Source of the DNA: Gammaproteobacteria bacterium
GTDB lineage: Bacteria; Pseudomonadota; Gammaproteobacteria; Eutrophobiales; Eutrophobiaceae
Direction: 5' to 3'
Assembly: GCA_965221695.1 (NCBI GenBank)
Contig: OZ244905.1
Coordinates: 3,475,061 to 3,539,060, forward strand
DNA: 64,000 nt
Under the pieces are notes generated by a model, which saw only the letters and a program-made list of their open reading frames with translations, was not told the DNA's origin and ran no database searches. Shown here piece after piece: positions 8,408-20,713 of this stretch (its first letter is position 1; every line of letters starts with the position of its first letter). The translations under genes were made by a program, and so were the position numbers.

Positions 8408-10642
8408 TCAGAAATTCAGGCGCGCCTTCACGCCGATTTCACGCCGGTCGGTATTCCAGAGAGCGAAGCCGATAAAGAACGGGAAGTAATTTTTTACCCT
8501 GGCGTATTCCTCGTCGGCAAGGTTGATGCCGTAAATGGCCAGCCTCCAGCGGTCATTTGGGGATCGATACTGAATTTGCGCATTGAGTAAGCCATAACCG
8601 TCCTGTCTTTCCTCCGGGTGATTTGATATCTGGCCATAATAACCGCTACGATAAGAGTAATCGGCGCGAAATTGCAGGTCTCCACCACCCAGTGGAATAT
8701 CGAGTTGCGGAGACACGCTCCATGTGTGTTTGCTGACGTAAGGCAACCTGTTCCCATCACTGAAATTGGCGTTCAGGGACGGGTCGATATCAACATCGCT
8801 GATCTCGGCATCCGTATACGCGTAACTTGCGTCTATCCTGAACATGGTTGACAGCAACGCCGCGAGTTCCACTTCAACGCCGCTGATATCGGCTTCGGCA
8901 GCATTCAAGGTGCGCGTAGTAAAGGCATCCTGGATCTGGTTAACCTGCGCCTGGTAGTCCTGGTAATCACTGGTATAAAGAGCCAGGTTGAAACGCAGGC
9001 GATTGTCCAACAACTCCGATTTCAGACCCAATTCATAGACGTTTACGTATTCCGGATCATAGATATTGACGGAATTCGGGTTTCCGGGGCGTGCGTTAAA
9101 TCCACCGCTACGAAAACCGCGCGAATACATTGCGTACAGCATGATATCTTCGTTGACTTGCAAATCAACGCTGGCGGTGCCGGATACCGCGTCCCATGAT
9201 TCGCTCAATTCGGTCGGTGGGATCCGGTAAATCAGTTCGCCGCCATCCAGCATCGCTTGCTGCGCCGGATCGCCCGCCCGCAACCTCTGGTAATACAGGT
9301 CGTAGTCTTTTTCCTCGTCTGTATAGCGAATGCCCCCGGTTACGCTGAGCATTTCATTGAAATCCAGGGTGCCTTGCGCGAACAACGCATAACTGTCCGT
9401 TTCAACCGCGCTACGGCGCTGGTCAAGACTGAAAAACACGTCATCATCCTGGAGGTTCTCGCCTTCTTCCGTGAAGTAGTATAGCCCGGCGATCCACCTG
9501 TAGGTGTCACCTTCGCCCAGAAATTGAATTTCCTGTGAAAACTGGTCAGCGTCTCCTGTTTCGTGGTAGTAGACCAGTGTAATCGGCGCGCCGTCAAACT
9601 CAAGGTTGCCCTCATATTCCATCTCCCGGTAGGCGCTAATCGATTTTACGGTAATGTTCTCGCTGACATTCCACTCCCATGTAGCCGCAATGCCATATGA
9701 TTCTTGCTTGGTCCCCAAGTCATCCAACGAATAGTTCTTGTAACGGCTGATTTCCGTTCCCGCCGGGCAGGCGCTGTATATTCCCGGCGAAGTTTCTTCA
9801 TAGCAGGGCGCTGTTCCTATCCCGGAATTGTAAAGGGTGTGCGGCACAGCGCCCTGGTTGGCGTCAAATACGTCGGCAACCAGGGAAAACTTGACAGACT
9901 CACCCTCCCAGTAGAGTTGCGCGCGGGCGCTCAGGCTGTCTTCATCACCGAGGTCGTCTCCCGTAAACACCTGTTCACCCACTCCGTCACGGTTTTTATA
10001 TTGAATACTGGCCTTGATCGCCAGGTTATCACTGGCCGCGACTTCCCCGGACACTTCCACGTTAATTCGTTCATCCTCGCCGGCGGTCACGGCGATATGA
10101 CCTCCGTTTTCAAATTTTGGCTTTCTGCTGACCACATTAACCGCGCCGCCTATAGTATTCTTGCCGAACAACGTGCCCTGAGGCCCTCGCAACACCTCTA
10201 CCCGTTCGAGGTCGAGGATATCCAGGGCCGCGCCCATGTTACGACCAACGTAAACTCCGTCAACGTACAGCCCGACTCCCGGGTCGGTCGTGATCATGTG
10301 GTCGGATTGCCCGATACCGCGTACAAATATGGCGCCGGCTTCTGCGCTGCCCATGCCGTAAGACGTGAACGACATACCGGGCGTGTACCTGCCTATATCC
10401 CGGAGATCCAGCATGTTTGCTTCCTCCATCGTCTCCTGGGAAAAAGTGGTGATGGAAATAGGCGTATCCTGCTGCGTTTCTTCACGTTTGCGCGCGGTTA
10501 CTACGATCTCTTCGAGCTGCGCGGTTTGTGACCTGGCCTGAGCCGGCAATAGCGGGGGGGCGAGCGCTAAGGTAAAGAGGATAAATGTAAACGTAAACCG
10601 GTATATAAGGCGCAGGTTATTCAACTTGCCAAGCATGTTCAT
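8408..10642 (-). CDS. TonB-dependent receptor
   Basis: TonB box LEEIVVTARKRE, plug motif ERVEVLRGPQGTLFGKN, C-terminal Phe; RBS GGAGGAG before MNMLG. Confidence 0.95.
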   Translation of the reverse strand: MNMLGKLNNLRLIYRFTFTFILFTLALAPPLLPAQARSQTAQLEEIVVTARKREETQQDTPISITTFSQETMEEANMLDLRDIGRYTPGMSFTSYGMGSAEAGAIFVRGIGQSDHMITTDPGVGLYVDGVYVGRNMGAALDILDLERVEVLRGPQGTLFGKNTIGGAVNVVSRKPKFENGGHIAVTAGEDERINVEVSGEVAASDNLAIKASIQYKNRDGVGEQVFTGDDLGDEDSLSARAQLYWEGESVKFSLVADVFDANQGAVPHTLYNSGIGTAPCYEETSPGIYSACPAGTEISRYKNYSLDDLGTKQESYGIAATWEWNVSENITVKSISAYREMEYEGNLEFDGAPITLVYYHETGDADQFSQEIQFLGEGDTYRWIAGLYYFTEEGENLQDDDVFFSLDQRRSAVETDSYALFAQGTLDFNEMLSVTGGIRYTDEEKDYDLYYQRLRAGDPAQQAMLDGGELIYRIPPTELSESWDAVSGTASVDLQVNEDIMLYAMYSRGFRSGGFNARPGNPNSVNIYDPEYVNVYELGLKSELLDNRLRFNLALYTSDYQDYQAQVNQIQDAFTTRTLNAAEADISGVEVELAALLSTMFRIDASYAYTDAEISDVDIDPSLNANFSDGNRLPYVSKHTWSVSPQLDIPLGGGDLQFRADYSYRSGYYGQISNHPEERQDGYGLLNAQIQYRSPNDRWRLAIYGINLADEEYARVKNYFPFFIGFALWNTDRREIGVKARLNF

Positions 10643-10726
10643 ACTATCTCCTCCCACATCTCGGTAAAATTTCACTTACCATTGCCGCAGTCTGCGCATC
10701 GCATCATTGCGGCATCTACCGGCTGG

Positions 10727-10754
10727 ATTGTATAATATTATACACTATTGTCAA
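10727..10754 (-). promoter_or_regulatory. Sigma70-type promoter of the TonB-dependent receptor
   Basis: Minus strand TTGACA-N16-TACAAT; overlaps palindrome TGTATAATATTATACA (10729-10744) and a TGTCAA half-site repeated at 10762-10767. Confidence 0.55.
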
Positions 10755-10839
10755 ACTATTTTGTCAATTATTTTACCTGAGAACATGTTTCGCAAGATAG
10801 GTTTCGGCGCCGTAAACCATAGGTACGATACTTCGCATT

Positions 10840-12459
10840 CTATTCATCAAGGATAAGTGCGCTGGCTTTTTCTGCGATCATTATGGCCGGCGCATTTGTG
10901 TTGCCACGGGTAATTACAGGCATAATTGATGCATCCGCGACCCGCAAGCCTTGTACCCCATGCACCCGCAATTGTGCGTCCACTACCGCCTGATCATCAA
11001 TGCCCATCTTGCAGGACCCGACCGGGTGCAAGGTAGTCATAGCGGCATCTCTCAACCACACCCTCAATTCTTCATCTGTCCTGTAGCGCGGACCCGGCGC
11101 CAGTTCTCTCCCCCTGATCCCGTGGAATGCCTTGCGCGCAATAACCTCACGCATCAGTTGCACTCCGGCAATCGTGTTCTCGATATCTTGCTGAGCTTCC
11201 AGATAATTGGCGTAAATCAGAGGGGCGTCTGCGGCATCATTGGAACGCAAAGCGATCCGTCCCCGGCTGCACGGGGTCACCGGGCCAATTCTGATCGTCA
11301 GACCATGACAGGCAGGGACATCCTCGCTACGGAAAAATGGCAATGACCAGTGCAGGTTCGCGCTGTCTTCGGTGGCAGGCATGAAATGGGTCTGGATATC
11401 CGGCGCTTCCAGGTCGGCGGAAGACTTGATGAATGACCCTGCTTCGTAGGGAAACGTCGTGACAAAGCCGGATCCAAACAGGGTGGCTTGAATTATCCCA
11501 AGAGTAACCTTGTCGATACGCAGGTCATTTCGCAACGACAGCGGCTGGTTTAATTCGTATACCAGGCAACAATCCACATGGTCTTGCATGTTTTTTCCCA
11601 CACCTGGCAGGTGATGGATTACCGGAACGCCGTGTTGCTCCAATTCACCGGCGTCACCGATTCCCGACAACATCAGCAATTGCGGAGAATTAATCACACC
11701 GGCGGCCAGTACGATCTCTTTTTTTGCCCTGGCGAATACCACCTTATTACCCAACCGGTATTCAACCCCGTTGGCGCGCTCCCCCGAAAATACGATGCGT
11801 TGTGTCAATGCGCCGGTTTCTACTTCCAGGTTCGCGCGCCGCGCTGCCGGCCGGAGGAACGCGGTTGCCGCGCTACAGCGTCTGCCACGTCTGATCGTGA
11901 AATCATAACGGCCAAATCCCTCCTGAGTTTCCCCGTTGAAATCATCGGTATAGGAATAACCGGCCTGTTGGCCTGCCTCGATAAATGTGTCGAACAAAGC
12001 ATTATCACCGCGAGCGCGACATACCGTCAGTTCCCCGTCGCGGCCATGGTAACTGTCATGCCTATCAATATGTCCCTCCGAGCGCTTGAAAAAGGGTAGT
12101 ACGCTGTCATAAGACCAGCCCGGCAACCCCAGCCGCTCCCAACCGTCGTAATCCGCGGGATTGCCGCGGACATAAATCATGCCGTTTATCGTTGAACTGC
12201 CGCCTAATACTTTACCCCGCGGCCAGTATATTTTACGCCCGTTGAGGTGGGGTTCTTCTTCGGTGTGGTAGCGCCAGTTATAGATGCCCGAATGCATCAG
12301 CTTGCCCATCAGCATAGGCAAGCGAAACAGGTAATTGGTATCCCGCCCACCCGCTTCAAGCAACAGCGTCCGGTGTTTCGGGTTTGCCGAAAGTCGGTTT
12401 GCCAGCACGCAACCTGCGGAACCGGCGCCGACGACTATATAATCAAACTCTCTGGACAT
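10840..12459 (-). CDS. GMC-family FAD oxidoreductase (choline dehydrogenase-like; substrate uncertain)
   Basis: GAGSAG, RGKVLGGSSTINGMIYVRG, HPVGSC and GNTNAP motifs. Confidence 0.9.
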   Translation of the reverse strand: MSREFDYIVVGAGSAGCVLANRLSANPKHRTLLLEAGGRDTNYLFRLPMLMGKLMHSGIYNWRYHTEEEPHLNGRKIYWPRGKVLGGSSTINGMIYVRGNPADYDGWERLGLPGWSYDSVLPFFKRSEGHIDRHDSYHGRDGELTVCRARGDNALFDTFIEAGQQAGYSYTDDFNGETQEGFGRYDFTIRRGRRCSAATAFLRPAARRANLEVETGALTQRIVFSGERANGVEYRLGNKVVFARAKKEIVLAAGVINSPQLLMLSGIGDAGELEQHGVPVIHHLPGVGKNMQDHVDCCLVYELNQPLSLRNDLRIDKVTLGIIQATLFGSGFVTTFPYEAGSFIKSSADLEAPDIQTHFMPATEDSANLHWSLPFFRSEDVPACHGLTIRIGPVTPCSRGRIALRSNDAADAPLIYANYLEAQQDIENTIAGVQLMREVIARKAFHGIRGRELAPGPRYRTDEELRVWLRDAAMTTLHPVGSCKMGIDDQAVVDAQLRVHGVQGLRVADASIMPVITRGNTNAPAIMIAEKASALILDE

Positions 12460-12471
12460 CACTGTTTTTTC

Positions 12472-13332
12472 TTACCATTCGATTGGTTGTGCGTTCATTG
12501 CGGCCAGCTTGTCATTACAAAGCTGAAACGGGTTAGGGTGACGTAAAAATGCATCCCCCTCTGCCGGGTGGGGTAAAGCCACAATTCCCGGGTGATTGTG
12601 GAGTTCGGCCTCTGACACAATACCGCCGGTTAGCGCGACCTCTCGCGCCGCGTCGCCGAACAGGAGCACAACGACCGGCTGCGACGGTCGATTGGAAAAG
12701 TAGGTGAGCAAGCGCGTGATTAACGGCCGCCAAAGTGGCAGGTGGCCACGCAGTTGATGGGGGTCGCCTGATACAGAAAACCGGGTCAGGGTGAGACTCG
12801 CGTTCAGCATCAGGACTCCCTGTTTCACCCAGCCCTGTACCAGCCGATCGGGCGCCGGAAAGTCAGAGTCCGGACCACCAATGGCGCGCAGCACATCCGG
12901 CCAGCGCTCGGTCCCTTCGGCGTAACGCGGTTCCCCCGTGCGAAAAGCATACACGAACTGCATCAGGCTTCTGACACTACATGAAAACATTTTCTCCAAT
13001 TCGTTCCAGTAACGGCAGTCGCCCGCTTCAAATGCCCGGCCAGTGGAGAAACTGATGCTGGGATAAGGGTCTTGTCCCACCACCACACATCGCACCCGGT
13101 CCGGCGACAATCCGTCAAACGCCCGGAACATATGCGCGTTGGGCGGTTCTCCGGGTAATACAAATCCCTTGCGTGTCGGAAAAATCGGTTCCCAGGAATG
13201 TAATTCCAGCCGCTCATCCACCTGGTCAAAGGCGAGTTCAGCGCCATCCAGCGCCTGTTGCCATTCAGGTGAAAGATCGGCGCGCCAGTCGCGCAACAAC
13301 TCGCACAAAGCCACCTTGAGAGGTATCGCCAT
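12472..13332 (-). CDS. Uracil-DNA glycosylase family-1-fold protein, atypical
   Basis: VVVGQDPYP, W-x-x-QGVLMLNASLT, LFG and a C-terminal HP motif; HPSPLS loop replaced by HPAEGD. Confidence 0.8.
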   Translation of the reverse strand: MAIPLKVALCELLRDWRADLSPEWQQALDGAELAFDQVDERLELHSWEPIFPTRKGFVLPGEPPNAHMFRAFDGLSPDRVRCVVVGQDPYPSISFSTGRAFEAGDCRYWNELEKMFSCSVRSLMQFVYAFRTGEPRYAEGTERWPDVLRAIGGPDSDFPAPDRLVQGWVKQGVLMLNASLTLTRFSVSGDPHQLRGHLPLWRPLITRLLTYFSNRPSQPVVVLLFGDAAREVALTGGIVSEAELHNHPGIVALPHPAEGDAFLRHPNPFQLCNDKLAAMNAQPIEW

Positions 13333-13367
13333 CGTTAATCTCCATTTGCAAAGCCAGAACGCTGTTA

Positions 13368-13396
13368 ACTATATGTAGACTTGACATCTTTGTCAA
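13368..13396 (-). promoter_or_regulatory. Sigma70 promoter with overlapping RutR-type operator
   Basis: Minus strand TTGACA-N17-TATAGT; TTGACATCTTTGTCAA (13381-13396) fits TTGAC-N6-GTCAA. Confidence 0.7.
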
Positions 13397-13467
13397 AATA
13401 TAGTTTTGCGCTTAGAAGGTTCGCTATCAGTCGGTCCGGAACCGGTGTGGCGATATGACGCTGGAAT

Positions 13468-14085
13468 TTACTCGAATCCGCAACCCTTGAGGATGATGTG
13501 GGTAATGGTATCCACACCCAGGGCGAAGTGCACGCGCGTCAGGCGCTTTACCCCGAGTATGTTTTTAATCTGTTGCTCGAAATCTGCGTAATACTGCGTT
13601 GATCCCCAGATAAGAAAAAAGAAATGGCGCGGGTCCAAGTGGTCCATCCTGCCCTCGTTCATCCAACGTTCCAGCACTTCACATTTTTCATCCGTTAGTT
13701 TCCTGATTTCCTCGTTTTCCTCCTCTGTCAATATGCCTGAACCCCTGATCACCTCATCGGCAAAAATCTTTGAAGCGGCCGGGTGCTTCATGGAATATTC
13801 TATCTTGGCGCGAATATATTTCCTGATGACCTCTTTGGGTTCTCCATCCGCCGTAATCTGTCCTAACGCATTAATCCATTCAGTGCGCAAGTCATTGATG
13901 ATGCGGCGGTAGATGTGATTTCTTGAAGGGAAATAGTAGTACAGGTTTGGCCGGGGAATATCGACAGCCTTGGCAATATCCTCCATTCGGGTGCCCTGAA
14001 ACCCATGGGTCACCACGAGTTTTGCTGTTGCGCGCAAGATTCTAGCTTCCTTGTATTGGCGTAGTTTCGATGATTTTGGTTTCAT
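13468..14085 (-). CDS. TetR-family regulator, RutR/PydR-like
   Basis: HTH with PNLYYYFPS; C-terminal YIRAKIEYS, SKIFADE and IWGSTQYYADF. Confidence 0.88.
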   Translation of the reverse strand: MKPKSSKLRQYKEARILRATAKLVVTHGFQGTRMEDIAKAVDIPRPNLYYYFPSRNHIYRRIINDLRTEWINALGQITADGEPKEVIRKYIRAKIEYSMKHPAASKIFADEVIRGSGILTEEENEEIRKLTDEKCEVLERWMNEGRMDHLDPRHFFFLIWGSTQYYADFEQQIKNILGVKRLTRVHFALGVDTITHIILKGCGFE

Positions 14086-14240
14086 CTTTTGTTGATGCCC
14101 GCCGTTGAAATCAGGGGACCTCCTGGTTCATCTCTGTGCAAGGTCTTCAGCGTCGCTATTCTATTTCGTATTGTGTGTCATTTCAATAGCCATATTTTCA
14201 TAACTTTTTGATTTGGATAGAATAATAATGCCGAATAGTT

Positions 14241-14293
14241 TTTACCATAAGATAAAAATATGATTGACTGAGAAAGAAATATCTGTCTACAAT
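14241..14293 (+). promoter_or_regulatory. RutR-like box and sigma70 promoter of the NIPSNAP-LLM unit
   Basis: TTTACCATAAGATAAA (14241-14256) followed by TTGACT-N18-TACAAT (14264-14293). Confidence 0.55.
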
Positions 14294-14363
14294 GGCGACT
14301 GTCCGAAAGCGCGGCTGCATATCGTAATATCGTAGAAACAGGACACTTGCGGAGAAAACGTCA

Positions 14364-14684
14364 ATGGTTATTGATCATCGCACCTATACGTTCCGTCCCG
14401 GCACATTGAAACAGTGGCTGGAGAAGTACGAAACTGAAGGCTTGCCGATTCAAAAAAAACACTTGGGGGAATTTCTGGGTTTGTTTACCACAGAAGTGGG
14501 CAACCTGCACCAGGTCGTTTTTATGTGGGGATATGAAAGTATGGGAGACCGGGAACGACGCCGCGCCGAAATGGAGACCGATCCGGAATGGCAAAATTTT
14601 ATCGAAGAAGTCTGGTCCCTGGGAATCATCCAGGCGCAGGAAATAAAATTTCTCAAACCAGCTTCATTTTCTCCCATCAAGTAA
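14364..14684 (+). CDS. NIPSNAP family protein
   Basis: DHRTYT, FTTEVGNLHQVVFMWGYES, RERRR, DPEW and terminal FSP motifs. Confidence 0.9.
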   Translation: MVIDHRTYTFRPGTLKQWLEKYETEGLPIQKKHLGEFLGLFTTEVGNLHQVVFMWGYESMGDRERRRAEMETDPEWQNFIEEVWSLGIIQAQEIKFLKPASFSPIK

Positions 14685-14797
14685 ATTGAGATGACGTTGT
14701 TCCAGGCTTGTACCACGCGTATGCAGTCGGCCGTTAAGCGTTTTCGCCGCTTCGACCACAGTCATCATCAGCGTATGACAGGGCAATTTACGATTAA

Positions 14798-14888
14798 GAA
14801 ACCTCTGATTAAGTCAGAGAGCAAAACAAAATCGCATTTTTATTTTGCGTGCTCTGACAAGTCCAGGATGGACTTGTTCAGAGATTCT
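14798..14888. mobile_element. Internally deleted copy of the IS5-like miniature element
   Basis: GAAACCTCTGATTAAGTCAGAG...GACAAGTCCAGGATGGACTTGTTCAGAGATTCT; flanked by TTAA; colinear with 30479-30629. Confidence 0.8.
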
Positions 14889-14909
14889 TTAAAATAAGAG
14901 GCGCACCAG

Positions 14910-15920
14910 GTGGATTTCGGCATTTGTTTTAAAGGCAACGTCAGCCCTGAAAGAGCGCGTTACCTGGTTCGCCAGGCGGAAACGGGCGGATTTTCCTATT
15001 GCTGGTTTTATGACTCACATATTCTGTGGCGCGATTGTTATGCTGCTATCGCCTTGTGTATGGAGCATACGAAAACCATGCGTTTCGGCCCATGCGTCAC
15101 TAATCCGGACGTCAGAGATTGGTCCGTCGCAGCCAGCATGTTTGCCGGCCTGGCTCTTCAAAGTAACGGGCGTTTCGATATTGGTGTGGGGCGAGGCGAC
15201 AGTTCCCTGCGGGTAATGGGTAAGAAACCCGCCAGCCTTGCGCGCGTTGCCGAATTCACGGAAAAAGTCAAAGCCATGGTCCGGGGTGAACAGGTGACTT
15301 ATGCGGCATGCGCGGAACCTGTCCGGTTCACCTGGTCCGCAGGTCATGATCTGCCCGTATGGATCGCCGCCTACGGCCCCAAGGCGCTGGCCACAGCAGG
15401 CAGACACGGCGACGGCGTCATCCTGCAGATTGCAGAGCCGACCCTGGTCGCCTGGTTTGTCGAGCAGTGCCGTCGTGCCGGTAAGGCTGCCGGACGGGAC
15501 ATGTCGGATTTCAGGGTAATGTCTGCAGCGCCGGCGTATTTTGGCTCATCCGACGAATGTATTGCAGCGACGAGATGGTTCCCGGCAATGGTCGGCAACC
15601 ACATCGCCGACATCGTTGAGAAATATGGCGCCGATACGACAGAAGTACCGAAAAGTCTCACTGCCTATATTGAGAAACGGCGCGGTTATGACTATAAAAA
15701 ACACGGTCGGAGCGACAACCCATACCTGGATTTTATTACCCCTGAGATTGTCACAAGTTTCAGTGTGTTAGGCAGTCCGGCCGACCATATCGCCAAATTG
15801 AAAGCGCTGGAAAAGACGGGGGTAACGCAATTCAATATCTACCTGGACAACGGCAAAGAAGAGCAAATCATTGCCAACTACGCAGAAGCCGTAATTCCGG
15901 CGTTTATCAGCCAGGGTTGA
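14910..15920 (+). CDS. LLM-class (luciferase-like) oxidoreductase resembling the putatively F420-dependent CPS_4043/TIGR03842 family
   Basis: MDFGI, WFYDSHILW, GPCVTNP, GVGRGDSS, AAYGPKAL and GVTQFNIYL motifs. Confidence 0.82.
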   Translation: MDFGICFKGNVSPERARYLVRQAETGGFSYCWFYDSHILWRDCYAAIALCMEHTKTMRFGPCVTNPDVRDWSVAASMFAGLALQSNGRFDIGVGRGDSSLRVMGKKPASLARVAEFTEKVKAMVRGEQVTYAACAEPVRFTWSAGHDLPVWIAAYGPKALATAGRHGDGVILQIAEPTLVAWFVEQCRRAGKAAGRDMSDFRVMSAAPAYFGSSDECIAATRWFPAMVGNHIADIVEKYGADTTEVPKSLTAYIEKRRGYDYKKHGRSDNPYLDFITPEIVTSFSVLGSPADHIAKLKALEKTGVTQFNIYLDNGKEEQIIANYAEAVIPAFISQG

Positions 15921-15956
15921 GCTATCTCTCCCGGCAATGATCACACTATTGTGTTG

Positions 15957-17498
15957 TTATCGAGTACTCGGAAAAGAAAACTGTGTTTCCTCGACAAGAT
16001 CTGTTGGCCAGCGTTGGCTGATAGTCTTGCGGCGCGTATAAAACCGGACTGAATCAGGGCCGTAGGCGCTTAGGTCGCCGAACAGGGAGCGTTTCCAGCC
16101 GCCGAAGCTGTGACTGGCTACCGGCACCGGCAGCGGTACGTTAACGCCGACCATGCCAACCTTGATATTGTCGGTGAAGCGTCGGGCGCTGCCACCGTCA
16201 CGGGTAAATATACATGTGCCGTTGCCGTATTCGTGTTCATCGATGAGTCGCATTGCTTCCTGCAGGCTTGACACACGCAACACGCATAACACGGGACCGA
16301 AGATTTCCTCGCGGTAAATGCGCATGGCCGGCGTGACCCGGTCAAACAGGCAGCCGCCCAGGAAGAAGCCGTCCGGCTGGCGCTGAACAGTCATTTCACG
16401 CCCGTCCACGACCAACTGCGCGCCTTCGGCCACGCCCGCGTCAACATAGCTGCGTACTTTTTCATAGTGCGGTTTACTGATCAGAGGCCCCATCTCATTA
16501 TCGCTTTCTGTGCCGGGGCCTACTTTCAGAGCAGAGACCTTTGAGGCCAGCTTGTTGACCACTTCATCGGCAACGGCGTCGCCCACACACAATACTGCTG
16601 AGATAGCCATGCAACGTTCGCCACAGGAACCATAGGCGGCGCCCATCAGCGCATTCACGGCATTGTCCAAATCCGCATCCGGCATGATCACGGCATGATT
16701 TTTCGCTCCCCCCAGCGCTTGCACCCGTTTGCCGTTTGCTGTGCCGGTCCGGTAAACGTATTCAGCGATGGGCGTAGAGCCGACAAAACTGACCGCTTGT
16801 ATCCTGGGGTCTGCCAGTAGGATATCCACGGCTTCTTTGTCCCCGTGCACCACGTTGAAGACACCGTCCGGCGCCCCGGCTTCCTGGAGCAGTTCGGCGA
16901 TACGGGTCGGCGCGCTGGGGTCTTTTTCCGATGGTTTCAATACAAAGGTATTGCCGCAAATAAGCGCCATGGGATACATCCATAAAGGCACCATGGCGGG
17001 GAAATTGAAAGGGGTGATCCCGGCGACCACCCCCAGCGGTTGAAATTCCGACCAACTGTCAATGCCGGGCCCAACATCTTTGCTATGTTCTCCTTTTAAC
17101 AGTTCAGGCGCGCCGCATGCGTATTCAACCACCTCTATGCCCCGGGTCAACTCGCCGCGGGCGTCATCCAGGACTTTGCCATGTTCTTCAGTCAACAGTC
17201 CGACAATTTCATCAGTATGCTGTTCCAACAGGTTCTTGAAACGAAACATGATGCGCGCGCGTTTCACTGGAGGAGTCCGGCGCCAGCCGGGATACGCGGC
17301 AGCCGCAGCGGCAATGGCTTTTTCCACCGTTGCTTTGCCGGCCAACGCCACTTGGCGTGTAATTTGACCAGTCGCGGGATTATAGACCGGCAAGGCGCGC
17401 TCATCAGTACCGCTGACTAACCTGCCGTTGATGTAGTGGCACACAAGGTCGTCGCGGTCATGCCGGCTTTGAAGGGCTTGTACTGAACTCATTGTCAT
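15957..17498 (-). CDS. mmsA: CoA-acylating (methyl)malonate-semialdehyde dehydrogenase
   Basis: ITPFNFPAMVPLW, KPSEKDP, FVGSTPIA, GERCMAIS and EEIFGPVL motifs. Confidence 0.93.
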   Translation of the reverse strand: MTMSSVQALQSRHDRDDLVCHYINGRLVSGTDERALPVYNPATGQITRQVALAGKATVEKAIAAAAAAYPGWRRTPPVKRARIMFRFKNLLEQHTDEIVGLLTEEHGKVLDDARGELTRGIEVVEYACGAPELLKGEHSKDVGPGIDSWSEFQPLGVVAGITPFNFPAMVPLWMYPMALICGNTFVLKPSEKDPSAPTRIAELLQEAGAPDGVFNVVHGDKEAVDILLADPRIQAVSFVGSTPIAEYVYRTGTANGKRVQALGGAKNHAVIMPDADLDNAVNALMGAAYGSCGERCMAISAVLCVGDAVADEVVNKLASKVSALKVGPGTESDNEMGPLISKPHYEKVRSYVDAGVAEGAQLVVDGREMTVQRQPDGFFLGGCLFDRVTPAMRIYREEIFGPVLCVLRVSSLQEAMRLIDEHEYGNGTCIFTRDGGSARRFTDNIKVGMVGVNVPLPVPVASHSFGGWKRSLFGDLSAYGPDSVRFYTRRKTISQRWPTDLVEETQFSFPSTR

Positions 17499-17508
17499 TC
17501 TCTTTACT

Positions 17509-19858
<2,350 letters not shown>

Positions 19859-19932
19859 GGATCGCTTACTTCCACTTATATTAAAGCGTCTGATAAATTA
19901 TAATAATAAATCTTATTCCAGGCAATAAATAT

Positions 19933-19948
19933 TTTATCTTTTGGTCAA
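19933..19948. promoter_or_regulatory. Putative RutR-like operator between the divergent ureidopropionase and regulator genes
   Basis: TTTATCTTTTGGTCAA resembles TTKACC-N4-GGTMAA. Confidence 0.5.
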
Positions 19949-20024
19949 ATAAAGTCAAGGGAACCGATTGAGTCAGAGCTTTCATAACATCATCAACCAT
20001 AAAATCATCACAAGAACATCCATT

Positions 20025-20693
20025 ATGCTGAATGAGAACCCGCCTCTACTTAATGCTCTTGAAAATGAACAGAAGGCGCGCAACAGGAAGGACAGCAGGA
20101 TACAGGCCCGCAACAGGGAGAAGATCCTGAGCGCAGCCACTGAAGTCTTTTCCCTATATGGCTATCGGGGCGCTACCATTGACCAGATTGCCGATAAGGC
20201 CGAGATGTCGAAACCGAACCTGCTGTATTATTTTGCTTCCAAGGAAGACCTGTATTTCACAGTATTGCGAAATATCCTGGAAATCTGGTTGCAGCCCTTG
20301 AAGGAACTGGATGAAAACGAATCGTCGGAACACGAGATCGGCGCCTATATTGACCAGAAGATAGAATTTTCCAGGTTGTACCCGATGGCATCCCGTGTGT
20401 TTGCAAATGAGATTGCCGCCGGCGCGCCGATCCTGAAACCGGTATTGGATACTTACTTACGCGATATCGTGAAGAAAAAAGCCCGCGTCATAAGAAAATG
20501 GGTTAAACGAGGGGAGATGGCAGATGTGGACCCATACCATTTAATTATGATGATCTGGGCTGTCACCCAACATTACTCCGACTTTGCCGTACAAGTTGAC
20601 GCGCTGCTGGGCAAGTCACTGGATGAGCCCCGGTTTTATAATCAGACCAGAAAAAATATCAAAAAGATCATTATGACGGGCATATTGAAATAG
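20025..20693 (+). CDS. rutR: TetR-family pyrimidine-utilisation regulator (RutR/PydR-like)
   Basis: SRIQARNREKIL, GATIDQIA, SKPNLLYYF, SRVFANEI and IWAVTQHYSDF motifs. Confidence 0.88.
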   Translation: MLNENPPLLNALENEQKARNRKDSRIQARNREKILSAATEVFSLYGYRGATIDQIADKAEMSKPNLLYYFASKEDLYFTVLRNILEIWLQPLKELDENESSEHEIGAYIDQKIEFSRLYPMASRVFANEIAAGAPILKPVLDTYLRDIVKKKARVIRKWVKRGEMADVDPYHLIMMIWAVTQHYSDFAVQVDALLGKSLDEPRFYNQTRKNIKKIIMTGILK

Positions 20694-20713
20694 TTTACAA
20701 ATGGTTGTAGCTG

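Noticed and set aside
10840-12459. Assignment as betA (choline dehydrogenase)
   Set aside because: Only family-level GMC motifs are visible, there is no betB or betI, and the context is pyrimidine-related.
14691-14897. 68-aa ORF between NIPSNAP and the LLM gene
   Set aside because: Nearly half of it is the miniature repeat element; no recognisable protein features.
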